From a virus: DNA of 11,361 bases. This document shows positions 7,499 through 11,361 of this stretch, piece after piece. Both the position numbers and the translations under genes were made by a program. Location of the stretch: UHGV virus genome UHGV-0806597; one strand, given 5' to 3'. Under the pieces are notes generated by a model. The model was not told the origin of the DNA. It searched no databases and saw only the letters and a program-made list of their open reading frames with translations. The number at the start of each line of letters is the position of its first letter. Position 1 is the stretch's first letter.

Positions 7499-7504
7499 TT
7501 AATC

Positions 7505-8317
7505 ATGGCATTCGGTAATGGTGCATTCGGAAATGGGTTCTTCGGCCTGTTCGGTAGAGGCGGCAAAGTAGAAGCGCCGATTGATACCGACAAGATGGTC
7601 ACGAACCAAGAAGAGAAGTTGCTTTCAAAAGCGACTGTTGTTGCGCTGGACGATTCTCAGGATGGTTCCATCATCCTCCAGGGCGGCGCGAACACATTCA
7701 ATTTCGTTGGTGTTGAGAATGAGTTGCTCAACGTCAAACAGCTGGTCGAAGAGTACCAGTCTATGGCTCAGCAGCCTGAGATTCGTAAGGCTGTGGATAT
7801 CATTGTCAACGATATCGTCACCTGTGAAGAGGATGAGACTCCTGTAACCATCAACCTGGAAAAGGTAGATGGCATCACAAACGAAGTCAAAGAAAAGATC
7901 ACTGACGCATTCAAAGAGATCATGCATCTCCTTGACTTTGACAACACGGCGTATCAGAAGATCCGCAAATGGTATATTGAAGGCCGTCAGGCATTCCACG
8001 TTGTAGTGGACCCGAAGAACAAGAAAGCGGGTATCGCCAAACTCATCATGATGGACTCACGCTGTATCCGCCCAGTGTACATCGTTCAAAAGGCGATGCG
8101 CGACGGTATCGAAGTCATCAATGACGTAAAACTTCAATACTACTACAACCCGAACTACAACCGCAACCAATTCACTGGCCAGTCCGGAACGTCTCAGAAC
8201 TTCCAACCGTCACAGCAAGAGCTGGTGTTTGATGATGAGAGCATAGTGTATCTGGACAGTGGTGAAGAGCCTCTGGCGAATGGGGTTGTGCCAAGCCTGC
8301 CGAAGCGACGATTATAG
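7505..8317 (+). CDS. portal protein (gp20-like), N-terminal fragment only (~265 native residues, then 5 foreign residues PKRRL and a stop)
   Basis: NTAYQKIRKWYIEGRQAFHVVVDPKNKKAGIAKL matches T4 gp20 [32 protein letters not shown] as I recall it. The frame ends 17 nt past the inverted-repeat boundary at 8300; the rest of the portal is on the - strand at 10386-11361. Confidence 0.85.
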   Translation: MAFGNGAFGNGFFGLFGRGGKVEAPIDTDKMVTNQEEKLLSKATVVALDDSQDGSIILQGGANTFNFVGVENELLNVKQLVEEYQSMAQQPEIRKAVDIIVNDIVTCEEDETPVTINLEKVDGITNEVKEKITDAFKEIMHLLDFDNTAYQKIRKWYIEGRQAFHVVVDPKNKKAGIAKLIMMDSRCIRPVYIVQKAMRDGIEVINDVKLQYYYNPNYNRNQFTGQSGTSQNFQPSQQELVFDDESIVYLDSGEEPLANGVVPSLPKRRL

Positions 8318-9138
8318 TCGGCCAACTGACGCTTGATAGATTCTTTCAGCTCTTTGTCTGTTTCATCTTCATCGTCATCTTCATCGCCTTCTTTCTTAGG
8401 CTTTTTGCCTTCGGCTTTAACATCTTTGTTGTCGTCATCGCCGTCTTTACCGCCGACTTTGTCCTGGAAGTCATCGTCATCGTCATCACCTTCTTTCTTC
8501 ACGGACTTACCTTCTACCAGGTTGCGGAAGGTGTGTACGCGGGAAGCGAATTCGCTTTCGGTGGTGAACTGCACAGCTTCCAGCAGATTGACAACCGTTG
8601 CTTTCTTGGTGTCGACCATACCTTCACAGACACGGGCGATCACAGAGTCACGCAGAGTCGCATTCGCGGCTTCTTTGATTTGACGGTTTTCGCTTTCGGC
8701 AATCGCAGCACGTCGTTCTGCTTCGGTCAGGCGGGCAGTCAGCGCAGCGATCTGGCCGTTTTCGTCGGTGGCAAAGTTAATACCAGCTTCTTTCAGAACA
8801 CCAGTCAGGCCAGTCAGCAGATTTTCAGCCGCTTCACGTTTGATCTGAGCATCGATTGCAGGAGCGTTCTTGTTAGCCCACTCTTCTACAACAGCATTCA
8901 GGAAGCCATCGACTTTGGTCGCGATTTCCATCAAGTGAGACTCTTTCAGCTGAGCAATCTCAGCCTGATGAGCTTCAACCAGACGCAGGCGCTCAATATT
9001 GGCAGCGTTTTCGGTTTCTTGAATAGCGGTCAGGCGAGCGGCTTCTACTTTAGATTCCAGCAGACCAGACACTTTATCCAGGAAGTCGGTGCTGAGGCCG
9101 TTAACGCCCTCAAACAGTTTTTGCAATTCAGGTTTCAT
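8194..9138 (-). CDS. prohead core scaffold protein (gp22-like); the C-terminal ~36 codons run antisense through the portal fragment and are probably not native
   Basis: AAGGAAA lies 6 nt before ATG (9138-9136). The protein is highly charged and helical-looking with a poly-Asp/Glu tract (EGDDDDDDFQD...GDEDDDEDETDKE). It follows the protease gene as gp22 follows gp21 in T4. After ...KRQLADYNRR the frame crosses the repeat junction at 8300/8301 and gives unrelated sequence (FGRLGTTPFARGSSPL...). Confidence 0.7.
   Translation of the reverse strand: MKPELQKLFEGVNGLSTDFLDKVSGLLESKVEAARLTAIQETENAANIERLRLVEAHQAEIAQLKESHLMEIATKVDGFLNAVVEEWANKNAPAIDAQIKREAAENLLTGLTGVLKEAGINFATDENGQIAALTARLTEAERRAAIAESENRQIKEAANATLRDSVIARVCEGMVDTKKATVVNLLEAVQFTTESEFASRVHTFRNLVEGKSVKKEGDDDDDDFQDKVGGKDGDDDNKDVKAEGKKPKKEGDEDDDEDETDKELKESIKRQLADYNRRFGRLGTTPFARGSSPLSRYTMLSSSNTSSCCDGWKF
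8224..8300 (+). repeat. left arm of a 77-bp perfect inverted repeat (portal codons ...VFDDESIVYLDSGEEPLANGVVPSL)
   Basis: Base-by-base comparison: 8224-8300 equals the reverse complement of 11285-11361 at every position. Identity ends at 8301 (c, versus t expected). Confidence 0.95.
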
Positions 9139-9165
9139 GATTGTTTCCTTCTGAACGATTTTCAG

Positions 9166-9174
9166 TATTTAGTG
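9166..9174 (-). promoter_or_regulatory. candidate late-promoter -10-like element CACTAAATA upstream of the scaffold gene
   Basis: The - strand reads CACTAAATACTGAAAATCGTTCAGAAGGAAACAATCATG, placing the 9-mer 27 nt upstream of the scaffold ATG. It is identical to the 9-mer upstream of the sheath gene. Confidence 0.35.
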
Positions 9175-9183
9175 AGGCTGAAT

Positions 9184-9852
9184 TCAGCCCAGATGTTTCA
9201 ATGCGATATCGAGGCGGCGCAGGAAGTCGTCTTCTAACTGAATATTGGTTTTCACCAATGAATCGACCACATGCCCCTTAATGTCCTTAGGAACCCAAAT
9301 TCCTGAAGATTCATCAAGCTGCCATTCCACAGATTCGCTCACAGCCTTTACATAACAAACTTGTCCAGAAGGACGGTCGACTGCATCAACAGCAGTGAGC
9401 ATAAAGCCGGGTTGAACGTCATCATAGCCGTTCACTGACTTGGTCTCACCAAGGCCACGTGTAGACACGGCCAGGTTGAAGTCTGCTTCAGCCAGAGCAC
9501 GAATGATCTGACCTTTCGGTGTATTCAGGATCCGCGCTCGACCGATAGCGTTGGTGCCTTCCCAGCGCAAAGATTCGGTTTTGAGTGCAGCGTGTTCGAT
9601 ATCGGGGAAAGGATAATCCGGATGCTTGAGTTCACCGATTGCACGACGATCCTGGATATACTCTTTGTCGTATGCTTCGACAGCAGGGATACCCACCTTT
9701 TGGAGATCGTAGTTGCGACCATTACGGTTCACCTGGTTACACATCACGAATGGACCTTCGATGTACATGGCTTTGCCGCCAGTAGCCGTGGCCGCTTCAC
9801 CAATCTGAAGGTCTTTCCCTATCGCAGTGATCTCACGCAACAGTTTCATCAT
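9184..9852 (-). CDS. prohead protease (gp21-like)
   Basis: AAGGAG precedes tandem ATGs at 9852 and 9849; the second has the better spacing. Motifs GELKHPD and LAVSTRGLG match what I recall of the T4 gp21 / prohead-protease family. Position between gp68-like and scaffold genes is as in T4. Confidence 0.8.
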   Translation of the reverse strand: MMKLLREITAIGKDLQIGEAATATGGKAMYIEGPFVMCNQVNRNGRNYDLQKVGIPAVEAYDKEYIQDRRAIGELKHPDYPFPDIEHAALKTESLRWEGTNAIGRARILNTPKGQIIRALAEADFNLAVSTRGLGETKSVNGYDDVQPGFMLTAVDAVDRPSGQVCYVKAVSESVEWQLDESSGIWVPKDIKGHVVDSLVKTNIQLEDDFLRRLDIALKHLG

Positions 9853-9859
9853 TCGCTCC

Positions 9860-10165
9860 TTAACTCAGCCCCATCATACGACGGAACTTCATTGCTTTTT
9901 TCTTACGACGCTCGATTTTGCGCTGGTATCCCATACCCATGCGTTTCTTGGCTCGGATCGCCTTGCGGTTGCCCAGCTTGCGAGTACGGCGCTCACTGGC
10001 GACCATCACCTCACAACGGGAACCATCCGCAGACAGTTTGAAACCAGGAGCACACTGCAGACGGCGACGGCGTTTGCCTTTTGCGTTCACCTTGTCAATG
10101 ACTTTCTGCTCATCCATGCGGGAAGCCAGGAAATCAGCGAACGTTGCAACTTCTTCGATTTCCAT
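9860..10165 (-). CDS. prohead core protein (gp68-like), very basic C-terminal half
   Basis: GAGGAA lies 6 nt before ATG (10165-10163). 101 aa with an Arg/Lys-rich tail (KGKRRRRL...RKKKAMKFRR). Its TAA stop sits immediately upstream of the protease SD. Assignment rests on size, composition and the T4 order 67-68-21. Confidence 0.55.
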   Translation of the reverse strand: MEIEEVATFADFLASRMDEQKVIDKVNAKGKRRRRLQCAPGFKLSADGSRCEVMVASERRTRKLGNRKAIRAKKRMGMGYQRKIERRKKKAMKFRRMMGLS

Positions 10166-10177
10166 GATACATTCCTC

Positions 10178-10348
10178 TTACTGGTCGTCGCCGAAAGGAC
10201 CCATGTCTTGGCTCAGGGAGTTCAAGACATATTCAGTACCCTGCTGGACCAGTTCTTGGGCGCGAGCGGACAGCTCCATTTCGCATTCAGCAGCAGCGGC
10301 ATCAGTATCACCAGCGATGATTGCTTTTACCAGATCGATAGCAGCCAT
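10178..10348 (-). CDS. small acidic prohead core protein (gp67-like)
   Basis: GAGGA lies 7 nt before ATG (10348-10346). The ORF track extends it to a GTG at 10399, which would overlap the portal stop. Small, acidic (ends ...MGPFGDDQ), directly downstream of the portal C-terminal fragment as gene 67 follows gene 20 in T4. Confidence 0.5.
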   Translation of the reverse strand: MAAIDLVKAIIAGDTDAAAAECEMELSARAQELVQQGTEYVLNSLSQDMGPFGDDQ

Positions 10349-10385
10349 GTTCATATCCTCTAAATGTTTTCTATACTTAGTCGAA

Positions 10386-11361
10386 TTATTCTTCACCACC
10401 AGGAGGGTTAGTCGCTGGGATGACGTTAGGTCTGAATTTCAGTGGACTGACTTCCCCGCTGCCGAAGCCGCCGGACTCATCTGCCTGTACTTCAGGATAT
10501 TTGCCTTCTTTCTTCTCTTTCGCGATCTTCTCTTGCTGGTCTTTGATGTCTTCATCGGACATACGCAGCAAATTGCGTTGAGCAAAATCGATAGAGAAGA
10601 GAGTGCCGATATATGGTTCGATCTGACCGAGAGCCGCCATACGCTGTGACAAGATTTCGTTCTCTTGTTGTTCACGGATGAAGCTGTCAGAAGTGAATTC
10701 GAACTTGACGAACGGCTTGATCTTCTCATTCCAGTCAGCCTGATCTGTAATGCCTTTCAATATCAGCTGACGGCGCAGAAGTTCCAGGAAAATACCAGAA
10801 GAATAACGACGGCGCAGGCTCGCACAGAACTTGTTGAAGCGCAATTCTTCCTGTGTGATTTCAGCAAGATTGGAACCACCGATGTTGATGGAACCTTCCT
10901 CTTGCAGGCGGCTCTTAGGGATCATCAGAGCCTCGTAGAGCTTCTCGCGGAAGTATACCACATGATCCATTTGACCCAGTTGATCGCCACCGCCTACGTT
11001 GGAGATCTCGGTTGCGTTCTGCCCTTCGCGACGTGGTAGCCAGTAGTCCTCAGCGATACCCATCAAATGAGTGTTACCAGCCACCTTACCAGTGGTGCGA
11101 TCATACGCCAGACGGTTCTTGAATTTGCCCATCATGGCTTGCATGTATTCTTCGGCCGACTTCTTACCCAGCGTACCCACGTCGAGATAGAACGCTCGCT
11201 TCTCAGGAGCACGTGTGATCGCATAGATTACCGTTGCATCTTCAGTTGTAACAAGGTTGTTCAGGGGACGGATAGCCGGGTTCAGCAGGCTTGGCACAAC
11301 CCCATTCGCCAGAGGCTCTTCACCACTGTCCAGATACACTATGCTCTCATCATCAAACACC
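10386..11361 (-). CDS. portal protein (gp20-like), C-terminal portion; 5' end runs off the window
   Basis: ATVIYAITRAPEKRAFYLDVGTL...NRLAYDRTTGKV...EDYWLPRREGQNATE...LILKGITDQADWNEKI is collinear with T4 gp20 [23 protein letters not shown]...NRVVYDASTGKI...EDYWLQRRDGKAVTE...LLLKGIITEDEWNDEI as I recall it. The first 25 codons in the window are the inverted-repeat copy of the end of the + strand portal fragment. The 'M' at 11360 in the ORF track is just a GTG at the window edge. Confidence 0.85.
   Translation of the reverse strand, partial: VFDDESIVYLDSGEEPLANGVVPSLLNPAIRPLNNLVTTEDATVIYAITRAPEKRAFYLDVGTLGKKSAEEYMQAMMGKFKNRLAYDRTTGKVAGNTHLMGIAEDYWLPRREGQNATEISNVGGGDQLGQMDHVVYFREKLYEALMIPKSRLQEEGSINIGGSNLAEITQEELRFNKFCASLRRRYSSGIFLELLRRQLILKGITDQADWNEKIKPFVKFEFTSDSFIREQQENEILSQRMAALGQIEPYIGTLFSIDFAQRNLLRMSDEDIKDQQEKIAKEKKEGKYPEVQADESGGFGSGEVSPLKFRPNVIPATNPPGGEE
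11285..11361 (-). repeat. right arm of the 77-bp perfect inverted repeat (truncated by the window end, may be longer)
   Basis: The reverse complement of 11285-11361 is identical to 8224-8300. The match is still perfect at the last base of the window. Confidence 0.95.

Noticed and set aside
7505-8320. Simple palindromic fold-back, i.e. sequence after 8300 being the reverse complement of the sequence just before it
   Set aside because: The sequence after 8300 encodes the scaffold 3' end, not the reverse complement of portal or tube sequence. The structure is an inverted repeat separated by ~3 kb of unique sequence, not a zero-spacer palindrome.
8333-11039. Long + strand ORFs (8333-8683, 8533-9237, 9592-10041, 9827-10363, 9918-10649, 10665-11039)
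   Set aside because: All lie antisense to the well-supported - strand prohead genes and translate to low-complexity or Ser/Leu/Phe-rich sequence. They are shadow ORFs of the real genes.
1-11361. tRNA genes, CRISPR repeats, rRNA, IS elements or defence-system genes
   Set aside because: Nothing in the window has the periodic repeat/spacer structure, cloverleaf-compatible segments, or transposase/terminal inverted repeat signatures. Every long ORF is accounted for by virion structural genes or the homing endonuclease.

Overview
This window is a late (structural) gene module of a T4-like myovirus, with GC content that looks clearly higher than T4 by eye. All protein identifications rest on my recollection of T4 gp15-gp22 sequences and on gene order; no database search was run. 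On the + strand (100-8317) are a small unassigned ORF, a gp15-like tail-sheath-stabiliser gene that appears frameshifted, a small terminase (gp16-like), a large terminase (gp17-like) interrupted by a 159-aa mini-intein inside the Walker A P-loop, the tail sheath (gp18-like), a free-standing GIY-YIG homing endonuclease, the tail tube (gp19-like), and only the N-terminal ~265 codons of the portal (gp20-like). From 8301 to the window end the prohead genes (gp22-like scaffold, gp21-like protease, gp68-like, gp67-like, and the C-terminal ~300 codons of the portal) lie on the - strand, inverted relative to the T4 order 20-67-68-21-22. The two portal fragments share a 77-bp perfect inverted repeat (8224-8300 and 11285-11361, the right arm cut by the window edge). 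The most notable signals are this split/inverted portal-prohead arrangement (a genuine inversion-duplication or an assembly chimera), the P-loop intein, the homing endonuclease between sheath and tube genes, and a recurring CACTAAATA motif upstream of the sheath and scaffold genes that may be a late-promoter variant. No tRNA, rRNA or CRISPR array was recognised.
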